Source: Methanocaldococcus sp. 16A
GTDB taxonomy: Archaea; AGJL01; Methanococci; Methanococcales; Methanocaldococcaceae
DNA: 64,000 bases
Assembly: GCA_049860595.1 (NCBI GenBank)
Contig: CP187551.1
Reading direction: 5' to 3' (one strand)
In this document: piece after piece, positions 31,989-43,319 of the stretch
Numbering within the stretch: the first letter of the stretch is position 1
Layout of the letters: every line of letters starts with the position of its first letter
Notes under the pieces: model-generated
Seen by the model: the letters and a program-made list of their open reading frames with translations, nothing else
What the model was told of the DNA's origin: nothing
The model's database searches: none
Position numbers and translations under genes: made by a program

Positions 31989-33089
31989 ATGAAACTCGTA
32001 AAAGATGCCTTATCAAGAAGTGACACAACTAAATACTTAAAAGATGAATTTGGTGAAGCAAGAATAGTAGTAGTTGGATGTGGTGGAGCAGGAAATAACA
32101 CAATTAACAGACTAATGGAAATTGGTATTCAAGGAGCAGAAACAATAGCTATAAACACAGATAAACAACATTTAGAAATAATACAAGCAGATAAGAAAAT
32201 TTTAATTGGGGCTACATTAACAAGAGGTTTAGGTGCTGGGGGTTATCCAGAGATTGGGAGAAAGGCAGCTGAAATGGCTAAAAATATATTGGAAGAGCAG
32301 TTAAAAGGAGCTGATTTAGTTTTTGTCACTGCAGGAATGGGAGGAGGAACAGGAACAGGTTCAGCTCCAGTTGTAGCTGAAGTAGCTAAAGAAAACGGAG
32401 CTATAGTTGTTGGAGTTGTAACATACCCATTTAAAATTGAGAGAGCTAGAATGAAAAAGGCTGATGAAGGAATTGCAAGAATGTCTGAGGTTTGTGATAC
32501 TGTAATTATCATAGATAATAATAAGCTTTTGGATTTAGTTCCAAACTTGCCTATAAATGATGCATTTAAAGTGGCTGATGAAATTATAGCTCAAGCAGTT
32601 AAAGGGATAACCGAAACCATAGCCGTTCCAAGCTTAATAAATATTGACTTTGCAGATGTTAAGGCAGTTATGAGCGGTGGAGGAGTAGCAATGATTGGAG
32701 TTGGTGAAGTAGATAATAGTGATAGAGGAGATAGGGTTCAAAATATAGTTAGAGAAACTTTAAACTGTCCATTATTGGATGTTGATTATAAAGGTGCTAA
32801 AGGGGCTTTAATTCATATAACTGGAGGTCCTGATTTGACATTAAAGGAAGCTAATGACATTGGAGAAGGGATAACAAACCAACTCGACCCAGAGGCAAAC
32901 GTTATATGGGGAGCAAGGATAGACCCCGATATGGAAGGATGTATTAGAGTTATGGCAATAATTACTGGAGTTAAGTCACCAAATATTGTAGGAAAAGATT
33001 CAAAACCAAGAAGAATAATACCAAAAGTTTCAAAAGAGCAAAATCAGAGAAGAGAACAAAGAAAATGTAACATTGACTTTATAGTATAA
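31989..33089 (+). CDS. ftsZ: Cell division protein FtsZ2
   Basis: [23 protein letters not shown]. Confidence 0.97.
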   Translation: MKLVKDALSRSDTTKYLKDEFGEARIVVVGCGGAGNNTINRLMEIGIQGAETIAINTDKQHLEIIQADKKILIGATLTRGLGAGGYPEIGRKAAEMAKNILEEQLKGADLVFVTAGMGGGTGTGSAPVVAEVAKENGAIVVGVVTYPFKIERARMKKADEGIARMSEVCDTVIIIDNNKLLDLVPNLPINDAFKVADEIIAQAVKGITETIAVPSLINIDFADVKAVMSGGGVAMIGVGEVDNSDRGDRVQNIVRETLNCPLLDVDYKGAKGALIHITGGPDLTLKEANDIGEGITNQLDPEANVIWGARIDPDMEGCIRVMAIITGVKSPNIVGKDSKPRRIIPKVSKEQNQRREQRKCNIDFIV

Positions 33090-33144
33090 ATTTTAAAATT
33101 TTTAAAAATTTCTAATTTTAATTTTAATTATTTAGGGGTTGTTT

Positions 33145-33663
33145 ATGAAAGCCTGTGAAAGATTGTTATTAAAAATTGAATCACCAGAAAAATTTATTGA
33201 AGAATTTAAAAGAATTTTACTTGAGTTGGGATTAACTTTAAAAGAATTTTCTGAAATTTCCGGAATTCCATATAGCACACTATATAAAGTTGTTCAAGGG
33301 AAAGATTTTAGGGTTTCAACACTTATAAAAATTTTAAAGACAATAAGGTCTTTTGAAAAAGATGAGGATATTGACACTATAGCAATTATAGCTGCAAGAC
33401 CTGCTTTAAATAAAATTACAACAAGAAAAATAGAAATTAATGGAAAAAGTTATTTAATAAAGGAATATCCTGCAGGTTCTTTGGAAGAGTGTATTGTTGC
33501 CGCGGTTAGAGCTGAAAGAGAAGGAGTTAAGGGCATTGTTTGCGCTCCTATTGTTAGTGCAACTATTGAAAAAATTGTTAATGTTCCTGTAGCTGTTATT
33601 ATTCCAGAAAAAGATGCGTTTATGAAAGCATTAGAGATAATTGCAAAGAAAATAAATGAATAA
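33145..33663 (+). CDS. XRE-type HTH transcriptional regulator
   Basis: LKEFSEISGIPYSTLYKV HTH plus C-terminal alpha/beta domain. Confidence 0.85.
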   Translation: MKACERLLLKIESPEKFIEEFKRILLELGLTLKEFSEISGIPYSTLYKVVQGKDFRVSTLIKILKTIRSFEKDEDIDTIAIIAARPALNKITTRKIEINGKSYLIKEYPAGSLEECIVAAVRAEREGVKGIVCAPIVSATIEKIVNVPVAVIIPEKDAFMKALEIIAKKINE

Positions 33664-33673
33664 AATTAGTTTT

Positions 33674-34549
33674 TTATTTTTTAACATGCTGAATTATTTT
33701 CTCTAAAAGCTTATCAGCAATATTAACTTTAGATACTTTAGATAGTCCAATCCAAGAGGGTGTTGAATTAACCTCCAAAATTTTTAAACCATCTTCTGAC
33801 TCAATTAAATCAACCCCTGCATAAAATAAACCAATAGCATTTTTTGCTTTTAGAGCTAATTTTTCAATTTCATCAGTAATTTCACATTCCTCTACCCTTC
33901 CTCCCTGAGAAACATTGTTTTTCCAATTTTCGCCTCCAATTCTATACATTGCTGCAACAACTTCATCATCAATTACGAAAGCTCTAATATCTTTATGTTC
34001 ATTATCTAATGGTTTTATAAACTCTTGAATGTAGAATGTTTTATATCTCTCTTTAAATTCATTTAGAGTATTTAATTTAGTAGAAATTGGAGATTCTTTT
34101 TTAATCCTAATAATTCCCTCCCCTCCACATCCAAATATTGGTTTTAAAACCGCTTCACCAAATGAATCTATCCAAACTATAGCTTCATTTATACTCTCTG
34201 TAACAACAGTTTTTGGCTGTGGGAGGTTGTTTAATTCAAGAAATATTGAAGTTAAAAACTTATTTGAAGCTATATCTATAGCCTCTGGAGGATTTATAAC
34301 AGTAACATATTGATTTAAATATTTTAAAACATCAAATCTAAAAAAACTATCCCAACCAAGATTTCTAACAAAACAGCAATCTAATTCATTTAAGAATGAT
34401 TTGTAATATTTTAATTTAAAATCTAAATTAAATCCTGTTATAATTTTTGTAGGATTTATAATTTTGTAATCAACTCCAAACTTTTTGCAAGATTTTATTA
34501 AATCATTAATAACCTCATCTCTATCTATGGTAATTATGCCAAGCTTCAT
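33674..34549 (-). CDS. mptN: RimK-family ATP-grasp ligase, probable tetrahydromethanopterin:alpha-L-glutamate ligase
   Basis: KPIFG, QEFI, DIR, NVSQGG, EVN; position equivalent to MJ0620 (recalled). Confidence 0.8.
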   Translation of the reverse strand: MKLGIITIDRDEVINDLIKSCKKFGVDYKIINPTKIITGFNLDFKLKYYKSFLNELDCCFVRNLGWDSFFRFDVLKYLNQYVTVINPPEAIDIASNKFLTSIFLELNNLPQPKTVVTESINEAIVWIDSFGEAVLKPIFGCGGEGIIRIKKESPISTKLNTLNEFKERYKTFYIQEFIKPLDNEHKDIRAFVIDDEVVAAMYRIGGENWKNNVSQGGRVEECEITDEIEKLALKAKNAIGLFYAGVDLIESEDGLKILEVNSTPSWIGLSKVSKVNIADKLLEKIIQHVKK

Positions 34550-34677
34550 AATATCACAATTTTAAATTTTTATAAATATTAGCAATTATTAAGTATTAGT
34601 TATTAGAACCTTTCTATTAAACAAACTATTTGTCATAGGGTTATGAAAGAATAATATTAAATTATTATGGTGATGAG

Positions 34678-36183
34678 ATGGAGAAAAAAACATTATCACT
34701 TTGCCCCATATGTTTAAAAAGAATTCCTGCAACAATTTTAGAGGAAGATGGAAAAATTGTTATCAAAAAAACTTGCCCAGAACATGGGGAGTTTAAAGAT
34801 ATATATTGGGGGGATGCGGGGTTATACAAAAAATTTGATGACTATGGATTTATTGGAAAAGTTGAAGTAACAAATACAAATGTAAAAAACGGCTGTCCAT
34901 TTGATTGTGGTCTTTGCCCAATTCATAAATCTACAACTATATTGGCTAATATAGATGTAACAAATAGGTGTAATTTAAACTGCCCTATATGTTTTGCCAA
35001 TGCCAATAAATCAGGAAAGGTTTATGAGCCATCTTTTGAGGATATAAAGAGGATGATGGAAAATTTAAGGAGTGAGGTTCCACCAACACCTGCTATTCAG
35101 TTCGCAGGAGGAGAACCAACTGTAAGACCTGATTTACCTGAATTAATAAGACTGGCAAAAGATATGGGATTCTTGCACGTGCAGTTAGCAACAAATGGTA
35201 TAAAATTAAAGAACATAAATTATCTTAAAAAGTTAAAAGAGGCAGGATTATCAACAATCTATTTACAGTTTGATGGAATCTCTGAAAAACCCTACATAAT
35301 TGCAAGAGGAAAAAATCTCCTTCCTATAAAACAGAAAGTTATTGAGAACTGTAGAGAAATACAATTTAATAGTGTTGTTTTGGTTCCTACATTAGTTAGA
35401 GGAGTTAATGATAACGAAATTGGAGGAATTATAAGATATGCTGCTGAGAATGTAGATGTTGTTAGGGGAGTTAATTTCCAACCAGTTTCATTTGCTGGAA
35501 GAGTTGATGAAAGAACAAGATTAGAAGGAAGAATAACAATCCCTGACTTTATAAAATTAGTGGAAGAGCAAACAGATGGGGAGATTTGTGAAGATGACTT
35601 TTACCCTGTTCCATCAGTAGCTCCAATCTCTGTGTTGGTTGAAAAATTAACCAATGATAGAAAGCCAATATTAAGTTCTCATCAGCATTGTGGAGCATCA
35701 ACTTATGTTTTTGTTGATGAAGATGGAAAATTAATTCCATTACCAAGATTTATAGACATTGAAGGGTTCTTTGAAATGGTTAAAGAAAAGATAGATGAAA
35801 TTGGAAAATCAAAAATAAAGGATGTTAAAGTTTTAGGAGAAATTGCCTTAAAATTGCCATCTCTAATTGATTTAGATAAGGCTCCAAAATCAGTGAATAT
35901 AAAAACAATAATTGATTTAATTATTGGAGTTTTAAAGAGTGATTATAACGCCTTAGCTGAACTACACTACCACATGTTGATGATTAGCTGTATGCACTTT
36001 ATGGATGCATACAACTTTGATGTTAGGAGAGTAGAGAGATGTTGCATCCATTACGCAACCCCTGATAACAGAATAATTCCATTTTGTACATATAACACAA
36101 TATATAGACCGGAAGTTGAAAAAAAATTTTCAATACCGTTAGAAGAATGGAGAAAAATGCATAAAATGGGAGAAGATGATTGA
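34678..36183 (+). CDS. tes: Tetraether lipid synthase (GDGT-MAS) radical SAM enzyme
   Basis: N-terminal CPIC..CPEHG, CPFDCGLC..H, CNLNCPIC, MHFMD..CCIHY..PFC. Confidence 0.9.
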   Translation: MEKKTLSLCPICLKRIPATILEEDGKIVIKKTCPEHGEFKDIYWGDAGLYKKFDDYGFIGKVEVTNTNVKNGCPFDCGLCPIHKSTTILANIDVTNRCNLNCPICFANANKSGKVYEPSFEDIKRMMENLRSEVPPTPAIQFAGGEPTVRPDLPELIRLAKDMGFLHVQLATNGIKLKNINYLKKLKEAGLSTIYLQFDGISEKPYIIARGKNLLPIKQKVIENCREIQFNSVVLVPTLVRGVNDNEIGGIIRYAAENVDVVRGVNFQPVSFAGRVDERTRLEGRITIPDFIKLVEEQTDGEICEDDFYPVPSVAPISVLVEKLTNDRKPILSSHQHCGASTYVFVDEDGKLIPLPRFIDIEGFFEMVKEKIDEIGKSKIKDVKVLGEIALKLPSLIDLDKAPKSVNIKTIIDLIIGVLKSDYNALAELHYHMLMISCMHFMDAYNFDVRRVERCCIHYATPDNRIIPFCTYNTIYRPEVEKKFSIPLEEWRKMHKMGEDD

Positions 36184-36472
36184 AAAAATAGTTAAAGAAG
36201 GTAAAGATGGAGTTTTAATTGATATCGATGTCCAAGCTGGAGCTAAAAAGAATGAGATTATAGGAATAAATGAGTGGAGAAAGAGATTAGCTATAAAAAT
36301 AAAAGCTCCTGCAACAGAAGGTAAGGCTAACAAGGAGATAATTAAATTTTTTAAGGATATTTTCAAAAAAGATGTTGAAATAGTTACTGGGAAGTTAAAT
36401 CCACAAAAAACTATATTAATAAAAGGAATAAAAAAAGATGACGTTGTTGAAATATTAAAAAAACATTTATAA
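36176..36472 (+). CDS. DUF167 / UPF0235 (YggU-like) protein
   Basis: APATEGKAN. Confidence 0.9.
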   Translation: MIEKIVKEGKDGVLIDIDVQAGAKKNEIIGINEWRKRLAIKIKAPATEGKANKEIIKFFKDIFKKDVEIVTGKLNPQKTILIKGIKKDDVVEILKKHL

Positions 36473-36473
36473 G

Positions 36474-37058
36474 CTATTTTAACAGCTCTTTTAGTTTTTC
36501 ATAAACCTTCTTTTCAACATTTTCATAGATGCTATTTCCATGGCTGTCCATTGCTACAATTAATGGACCAAAATTATTAACTTCCAATTCCCATACAGCT
36601 TCTGGCATTCCTAACTCTTCTAAGAAATATACATTATTAACTTTTTTTACTGAATTAGCTAATAAAGCTGCACAACCTCCAGGAGCTGCCAAATATACTG
36701 TTCCAAAATCTTCAAAAGTTTTTAATAACTCTTTTTTCATCCCTCCCTTTCCAACAATTGCAGAGATATTTGTCAATTTTATAAATTCCTCTTCAACGTC
36801 ATTCATTCTTGCAGATGTCGTTGGACCTATAGAAACACAAACCCACTCTTCATTTACTTTTTTCATTATAGGACCGGCATGGTAAATGATAGCTTCATTT
36901 AAATCAAAAGGTAGATTTTCATTGTTTTTTATCATCTCTATTATTTTTAGATGGGCTTCATCTCTTGCAGTATATATCTTACCGTTTAAATAAACTATAT
37001 CTCCAACTTTTAACTTTCTAACATCCTTTTTTGTTAGTCCATTAAATACATACTCCAA
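36474..37058 (-). CDS. Class I fumarate hydratase beta subunit
   Basis: TARDEAH, YHAGP, GPTTSARM, GKGG; TTG start. Confidence 0.9.
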   Translation of the reverse strand: MEYVFNGLTKKDVRKLKVGDIVYLNGKIYTARDEAHLKIIEMIKNNENLPFDLNEAIIYHAGPIMKKVNEEWVCVSIGPTTSARMNDVEEEFIKLTNISAIVGKGGMKKELLKTFEDFGTVYLAAPGGCAALLANSVKKVNNVYFLEELGMPEAVWELEVNNFGPLIVAMDSHGNSIYENVEKKVYEKLKELLK

Positions 37059-37171
37059 ATTTCCACCTCTCTACATGACATATTTTTATAATTTTGACCA
37101 TAATTTATTTATAATTAATTTATTGAAAAACTAAACTAAACATTTAGACAAACTCTTTTTTGGTGGTAGCA

Positions 37172-37645
37172 ATGATATGTATAATAATGGGTAGTGAGAG
37201 TGATTTAAAAATAGCTGAAAAGGCTGTTAATGTTTTAAAAGAGTTTGGTGTAGAGTTTGAGGTTAGAGTAGCTTCAGCTCATAGAACTCCAGAGTTGGTT
37301 GAAGAGATTGTTAAAAATTCAAAAGCAGATGTTTTTATAGCAATAGCTGGATTAGCCGCTCATTTACCAGGAGTTATAGCAAGTTTAACAACAAAGCCAG
37401 TTATTGCTGTCCCTGTTGATGCAAAGTTAGATGGTTTGGATGCTTTATTAAGTATAGTTCAAATGCCTCCTGGAATTCCTGTTGCAGGTGTAGGAATTGA
37501 TAGAGGAGAAAACGCAGCTATATTGGCTTTAGAGATTTTAGCTTTAAAAGATGAAAATATTGCAAAAAAATTAGCCGAATATAGAGAAAAGATGAAGAAA
37601 AAAGTTTATGCATCAGATGAAAAGGTTAGAGAAATGTTTAAATAA
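37172..37645 (+). CDS. purE: N5-CAIR mutase / AIR carboxylase
   Basis: [26 protein letters not shown]. Confidence 0.96.
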   Translation: MICIIMGSESDLKIAEKAVNVLKEFGVEFEVRVASAHRTPELVEEIVKNSKADVFIAIAGLAAHLPGVIASLTTKPVIAVPVDAKLDGLDALLSIVQMPPGIPVAGVGIDRGENAAILALEILALKDENIAKKLAEYREKMKKKVYASDEKVREMFK

Positions 37646-37714
37646 CTATAACCATTAAATTTTTATGTTATAATGTTGCTAATAATAAATTGACAATGAT
37701 AGAGAGGGATTTAC

Positions 37715-38365
37715 ATGCAGAGAGTGAATCCAACAAGAATGGAATTATTAAAATTAAAAAATAAAATTAAATTGGCTGAAAAAGGACATAAATTGCTTAA
37801 GCAGAAAAGAGATGCTTTAATTATGGAATTCTTCCAAATCATAGAGCAAGCTTCAGATTTGAGAGAAAAAGTTGAGACAAAGTTAGCTGAAGCTTATAAA
37901 GATTTAATAATGGCTCAAACAGTTATGGGGACTTTAGCAGTTAAAGAAGCTTCCTTAGCAGCAAAGAATGATAAATTAGAAGTTGATATGGATACAAAGA
38001 ATATTATGGGTGTCACTGTTCCTACTTTTGAGATATACAACGTTAGAAGAAAAGTTGGGGAGAGAGGTTATTCACCTTACAGCGTTAGCTCAAAATTAGA
38101 CGAAGCAGCTAAAAAATTTGAAGAAGCTTTAGAATTAATAACTGAATTAGCTGAAATAGAGACATCAATTAAACTCTTAGCTGAAGAGATTATTACAACA
38201 AAGAGAAGAGTTAACGCTTTAGAGTACGTTATAATTCCAAGATTAAAAGCTCTCAAGAAATACATTTCTATGAGATTGGATGAGATGGAAAGAGAGAACT
38301 TCTTCAGATTGAAGTTAATTAAATCGAGAATTGAAAAAAGAGAAGCAGAAGGAGAGGCAGTATAA
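37715..38365 (+). CDS. atpD: A/V-type ATP synthase subunit D
   Basis: [33 protein letters not shown]. Confidence 0.96.
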   Translation: MQRVNPTRMELLKLKNKIKLAEKGHKLLKQKRDALIMEFFQIIEQASDLREKVETKLAEAYKDLIMAQTVMGTLAVKEASLAAKNDKLEVDMDTKNIMGVTVPTFEIYNVRRKVGERGYSPYSVSSKLDEAAKKFEEALELITELAEIETSIKLLAEEIITTKRRVNALEYVIIPRLKALKKYISMRLDEMERENFFRLKLIKSRIEKREAEGEAV

Positions 38366-38410
38366 TATTATAAGAAAATAATATTTGATGCAACTTTTCT
38401 TAAAAGTTGC

Positions 38411-38485
38411 AGAAAGAACTTATTCAGATTGAAGTTAATTAAATCAAGAATCGAGAAAAGAGAGGCTGAAAGAGAGACAGTATAA
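38411..38485 (+). repeat. Diverged direct repeat of the last 75 nt of atpD (38291-38365)
   Basis: 66/75 identical, offset exactly 120 bp, preceded by the hairpin TGCAACTTTT-CTT-AAAAGTTGCA. Confidence 0.9.
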
Positions 38486-38572
38486 ATGAATTAAAAGCTA
38501 AATAATTAATATGATATTTTTAATAATAATTTTTTATAATTAATAATAATTTTCTTATTTTTGGTGGTGTTT

Positions 38573-38959
38573 ATGGTATTTAGAATACTTGGAAGGATGA
38601 CTGAAATAGAGAAGGAAATTAGAGAAGAAGAATTAAAATATGATTTAATAATTAAAAATGAAGCAAAAATTGAGCCAATAGTTGCCGATGAAGACAAAGA
38701 ATTCAAACAAGGAGATATAAAGCCAATAAGAATTAAAAAGATTAAAATACCACCAATGTCAGTCCTTTTAATCTGTCCATATGGAAGGCATAGAGTAGGG
38801 CAAGTTATAGCTGTTGGGGAAGAAGTTCCAATGCCTATAGAAGCTGAAAGAGAAGTAGATATGGCTGCTTTTGCATGTGGATTTGATGGAAAGGTAAAGA
38901 AAGGAGATTTAATCGGAATGTTACTTATAGTTGCAGCTGAAAAGAGAGAATGTGAATAA
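38573..38959 (+). CDS. DUF22-like archaeal protein
   Basis: IRIKKIKIP, PYGRH, DGKVKKGDLIG. Confidence 0.7.
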   Translation: MVFRILGRMTEIEKEIREEELKYDLIIKNEAKIEPIVADEDKEFKQGDIKPIRIKKIKIPPMSVLLICPYGRHRVGQVIAVGEEVPMPIEAEREVDMAAFACGFDGKVKKGDLIGMLLIVAAEKRECE

Positions 38960-39080
38960 TTTTTAAAACAAATCTTTTTTAGTATAGAATTTTTGCATGG
39001 ATAAATTTTTAAATGCATCTAATTTATTTTTATTTTATTTAATTTTGTAATTTTTTTATAATGTTTATTTTGGGATGCGT

Positions 39081-40115
39081 ATGGAGATGATTGATATACT
39101 GTTAAAAAAGCTCAATAAAAATGCCGTTGTTACAGAGATTGCCAAAGACAGAGACCCTTTTAAAGTTTTAATCTCAACAATAATAAGTGCAAGAACTAAG
39201 GATGAAGTTACTGAAGAGGTATCTAAGAAATTGTTTAAAGAAGTTAGGGATGTTGATGATTTGCTAAATATTGATGAGGAAAAATTAGCTAATTTAATAT
39301 ATCCTGCTGGATTTTATAAAACCAAGGCAAAAAATTTAAAGAAATTGGCTAAGATTTTAAAAGAAAATTATAATGGTAGAGTTCCAGATTCTTTGGAAGA
39401 GTTATTAAAGCTCCCAGGGGTCGGAAGGAAGACAGCTAATTTGGTTATAACCTTAGCTTTCAACAAAGATGGAATTTGCGTAGATACTCATGTCCATAGA
39501 ATATGTAATAGATGGGAAATAGTTGATACTGAAACTCCTGAAGAGACAGAATTTGAATTAAGAAAAAATCTTCCTAAAAAATATTGGAAGGTAATAAATA
39601 ACTTATTAGTGGTTTTTGGAAGAGAGATTTGTTCTCCAAAACCAAAATGTAATAAATGCTTTGAAGAAATAAAAGATAAATGCCCTTACTATGAAAAAAT
39701 TAAACATTTTAAAAGTGTTATAAAAAAATTCAATTTTAGAAAGGTATCAAAAAATAATATTCCTAATGAAAAGGGAACTTATATCCTAAAAATTAGATTG
39801 AAAGATGGTAAAAAAATAAAATTTGGAAATAAAGAAAAATTTTTTAAGAAAGGATATTATTTCTATGTAGGCTCTGCCTTTGGAAATTCAATAAATTTAA
39901 AAAATAGGATAGAGAGACATTTAAAAGATGATAAAAAGATGCACTGGCATATTGATTATTTATTAAAATTTGGTAAAATTGAAGAAATATTTGTTACTAA
40001 TGATAGAGTTGAATGTGAAGTTGCTAACGAGTTTATAAAAAAATTTGATTTTGTTGAAAAATTTGGATGCTCTGACTGTAAGTGTAAAAGTCATTTGTTT
40101 TATTTAAAGCCATAA
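39081..40115 (+). CDS. nth: Endonuclease III fused to C-terminal GIY-YIG (DUF123) domain
   Basis: [17 protein letters not shown], Fe-S Cys cluster; GTY..YVGSA..HWHIDY..FGCSDC. Confidence 0.9.
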   Translation: MEMIDILLKKLNKNAVVTEIAKDRDPFKVLISTIISARTKDEVTEEVSKKLFKEVRDVDDLLNIDEEKLANLIYPAGFYKTKAKNLKKLAKILKENYNGRVPDSLEELLKLPGVGRKTANLVITLAFNKDGICVDTHVHRICNRWEIVDTETPEETEFELRKNLPKKYWKVINNLLVVFGREICSPKPKCNKCFEEIKDKCPYYEKIKHFKSVIKKFNFRKVSKNNIPNEKGTYILKIRLKDGKKIKFGNKEKFFKKGYYFYVGSAFGNSINLKNRIERHLKDDKKMHWHIDYLLKFGKIEEIFVTNDRVECEVANEFIKKFDFVEKFGCSDCKCKSHLFYLKP

Positions 40116-40117
40116 AT

Positions 40118-41455
40118 TTATTTAAATCTTTCTTTTCCACCAATATTTTTAATTATATTTAAAAACTCTTTTTCAATATCTTTTAATTCCTCTTTATTGT
40201 ATCCATAAATTCTAAATGTAACACTTTTGTATCCTTTTTCAATCTTATCTCCTTCATAAACATCAATTATTTCAATGTCAAAAACATTTTTTAATAAGTT
40301 TAAAATAACTTCCTCATTAACATCTTTTTTAAATAAAATTGAAATATCAATATATTTTCTCTCTAAATACTTCTTTTTTAGCTCCTTCAACTCATCTCCA
40401 GAAAATACCTCAACCTTTAAAATATTAAACCTTTGCTCTTTACCATTTTTATCTAATATTAGATAATCATCTTCAATATTCTTTAAAATCCCAAAATGAA
40501 TAACATCTGAGTTTATATTTTTTACAGCAATCTCTTTTCCTATTAATTTATTTAATTTCTCAATCTCAGAAGATAATGCAAACACTGCTTTATCTGAATA
40601 ATAAGCCCCTCTTTTTGCTTCGCTACCAAAATGCTTAGCAGCTTCTTTCATTATCTTAACAAATCTCTCTCTATCTTTATTTTTAACTATCTCGCTAATT
40701 TCTTTACACTGATTTATAAATGTTTCATGAATTTCCTTTATTCTTGGATTGAACATTTGGATATCAGCGTAGAGATAAGGATTTTGCCCTATAATTCTTC
40801 CAATAATAGAAATCATCAACTCGTATATTGGAGAAGCAAACTTTCTTGATTCTTTTATATCAACATTAAGTTCTTTTAGTGTAGCTCCTAATGAAATAAA
40901 TGTAAAATGTGTTAATCCCTGCACAATACCCATAATTCTATCATGTTTTTGTGGAGAAATGACTATAACTTTAGCTCCTTCTTCTTTTAAAAAATTATAA
41001 ACTTTCTTAAACCATTCACTCTTTTTATGCTTTTCAGATGGCGTTAGAATAACAACCTGCCTTAACAAAGATGGCGTTGATGGACCAAACATTGGATGTG
41101 TAGGTATAACAGTTACTCCCTCTTTAACATTTTCTTCCATAGCTCTTGCAGGAATTTCTTTAATTGATGTTATGTCCATCAATAAACAGCCCTCTCTAAC
41201 ATGAGGAGCTATCTCTTTAATAACTCTCTCTGTAACATTTATTGGAACTGCCACAATAACTATATCTCCTCTTTTAGTAGCCTCAATATTGTTGTTAGTA
41301 AATTCAACCCCAAGCTCTTTCTCAACATTTTTACCCTTCTCTACATCTCTTCCAGTAACTATCACGTTAAATCCTTTATTTTTTAAATATCTCGCAAACC
41401 ATTTTCCCAAACCATCAGTACCTCCAATAATTGAGATTGTTAAATTTTTTTTCAT
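40118..41455 (-). CDS. tyrA: Prephenate dehydrogenase with C-terminal extension
   Basis: IIGGTDGLG, DITSIK, HPMFGP, HD..M..VQGLTH. Confidence 0.92.
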   Translation of the reverse strand: MKKNLTISIIGGTDGLGKWFARYLKNKGFNVIVTGRDVEKGKNVEKELGVEFTNNNIEATKRGDIVIVAVPINVTERVIKEIAPHVREGCLLMDITSIKEIPARAMEENVKEGVTVIPTHPMFGPSTPSLLRQVVILTPSEKHKKSEWFKKVYNFLKEEGAKVIVISPQKHDRIMGIVQGLTHFTFISLGATLKELNVDIKESRKFASPIYELMISIIGRIIGQNPYLYADIQMFNPRIKEIHETFINQCKEISEIVKNKDRERFVKIMKEAAKHFGSEAKRGAYYSDKAVFALSSEIEKLNKLIGKEIAVKNINSDVIHFGILKNIEDDYLILDKNGKEQRFNILKVEVFSGDELKELKKKYLERKYIDISILFKKDVNEEVILNLLKNVFDIEIIDVYEGDKIEKGYKSVTFRIYGYNKEELKDIEKEFLNIIKNIGGKERFK

Positions 41456-41494
41456 AAATCTCCCTCAACAAGATTTTATTAATTAGTTATCCAC

Positions 41495-42010
41495 CTAAAT
41501 AAGATTTAATAAAATGTAATTAACTAAAATTCCTAATATAGTTCCAGCGATAACTTGGGAAAATGTATGTTTCTTTAAATAAATCCTTGCATAGCCAGTA
41601 ATAATTATTAATATGAGATATAAGGAAGATAACCAAATGTTATTTGTAAAAGCATATATAAGATAAGCCATAGCTGATAATCCATAATTATGCATACTTA
41701 TCTTCCAAAACTTTGTTATAATTAAAATTATTAACACATTAACAAGAAAGATTGTTATAAATTCACTCTTCCAAAATAAATTTAACAATACTAAATACCA
41801 TAAAGTAAAAAATAATGGTATAATTCTATTTTCTTTATTTGGTATATCCCAAGATTCATTTTTTATTTTTGCCCAACAAATCCAAAAAACACATGGAATA
41901 AAAAATGCTATGTATAAAAACAAATCAAATTTTGAAATAAGTAAAAATCCAATAAATAAAAATAATAGATACATTAAAGAGAATATTTGAAGAATCTTTT
42001 TTATGCTCAC
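41495..42010 (-). CDS. Membrane protein with PAP2-like C-terminus
   Basis: [20 protein letters not shown]. Confidence 0.7.
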   Translation of the reverse strand: MSIKKILQIFSLMYLLFLFIGFLLISKFDLFLYIAFFIPCVFWICWAKIKNESWDIPNKENRIIPLFFTLWYLVLLNLFWKSEFITIFLVNVLIILIITKFWKISMHNYGLSAMAYLIYAFTNNIWLSSLYLILIIITGYARIYLKKHTFSQVIAGTILGILVNYILLNLI

Positions 42011-42014
42011 AATT

Positions 42015-42590
42015 TCACCAAAACATCATAAATATCATATATCCAATTAGAGGTAGTCCTACAATTGCCCAAATTATAGGATTCCATCTTAAAACTTTTT
42101 CTCCATCAAATGGGGGAATTGGAAGCATATTAAAGCCTGCTAAAAATAGATTTATGTGAAATCCAAACTTTCCTATTAAATATAGTAATGGTATATGATT
42201 AAAAATCAAAGCCAATATTAAAAATATAAATGCCAATGCAACATTTGTTAAAGGTCCAGCTAAGGCTATTTTTCCATTTTCTTCATAAGTTAAGTAGTCT
42301 TTATAAATATATACAGCCCCAGGAGCTATAAAGGTAAATCCTAAAAAAATCTTTAATATTATAGCCAATATAAGCCCTTCATACCACGCTCTAAATTCAC
42401 TCCATGCTCCATACTTCCTAGCCACTGTTCTATGCATCAATTCATGAAATATAAAGCCACTACCAACGGCTATTAAACTAACAATAAAAATTAATATTGA
42501 AAAGTTTGGATAAGCGAAAATAAAAGCAATAGCTAACACTGATACTATTAAATCAATTATCTCTCTTTCTGAAAATTTAAACATACTCAT
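42015..42590 (-). CDS. Site-2 protease (M50) family
   Basis: [19 protein letters not shown]. Confidence 0.92.
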   Translation of the reverse strand: MSMFKFSEREIIDLIVSVLAIAFIFAYPNFSILIFIVSLIAVGSGFIFHELMHRTVARKYGAWSEFRAWYEGLILAIILKIFLGFTFIAPGAVYIYKDYLTYEENGKIALAGPLTNVALAFIFLILALIFNHIPLLYLIGKFGFHINLFLAGFNMLPIPPFDGEKVLRWNPIIWAIVGLPLIGYMIFMMFW

Positions 42591-42667
42591 TTTTTCACCT
42601 ATTTGGTAATAAAATTTTTACTGTTTTTAATTGTCTATATTTAATCTAATATTTATTTATGTAAAAA

Positions 42668-43240
42668 TCAGTAATATTTTACTTCCATCCTATCATATAA
42701 TAATTTTCCAAATATTAGTCCAGTTATAAGTCCAGCTAAGTGTGTTATGTGTGCAATTCCTGTTTTTAGAGAATATGGAAGTAATATTAAATCAATAAGT
42801 GCAAATATAGCTACAGCTACTCTTATACTCACTGGAATTGGTAATGGAAAGACGACAACTTTTAAATGTGGTGATAGAATAGCTAAAGCTCCCATTATTC
42901 CAAATATCGCTCCAGAAGCCCCAACTGAAGGATTGTAATCTCCAGTTAGATAAGCATAGATGATATAAGCTAAATTTCCAACGATTCCTGATAATAAAAA
43001 GATTAAAAGATATTTTTTTGAGCCAACCATATTTTCTAAGTATGTTCCAAATATAAATAATACGAACATATTCACCAATAGATGAGTTATATCTGCATGC
43101 ATAAACATGCTTGTAATTATCTGCCAAGGCATATTGGTAAAAAGATTTGGCCATAATGCAAAATAGTAATATAGTTGTGGCATAAAAACACTAATGATGA
43201 ACACAACTATACAAATCCCTACTATTAAAATGTTAATCAT
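42668..43240 (-). CDS. Rhomboid intramembrane serine protease
   Basis: H....HLLVNM, GASG, HLAG. Confidence 0.93.
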   Translation of the reverse strand: MINILIVGICIVVFIISVFMPQLYYYFALWPNLFTNMPWQIITSMFMHADITHLLVNMFVLFIFGTYLENMVGSKKYLLIFLLSGIVGNLAYIIYAYLTGDYNPSVGASGAIFGIMGALAILSPHLKVVVFPLPIPVSIRVAVAIFALIDLILLPYSLKTGIAHITHLAGLITGLIFGKLLYDRMEVKYY

Positions 43241-43319
43241 TTTTACCCCTCCCCCAACGTTCAAAGTTTATGATTTTTATTTTGTTAATTATACATTTTA
43301 ATTATAAAAAGGTGATGAC

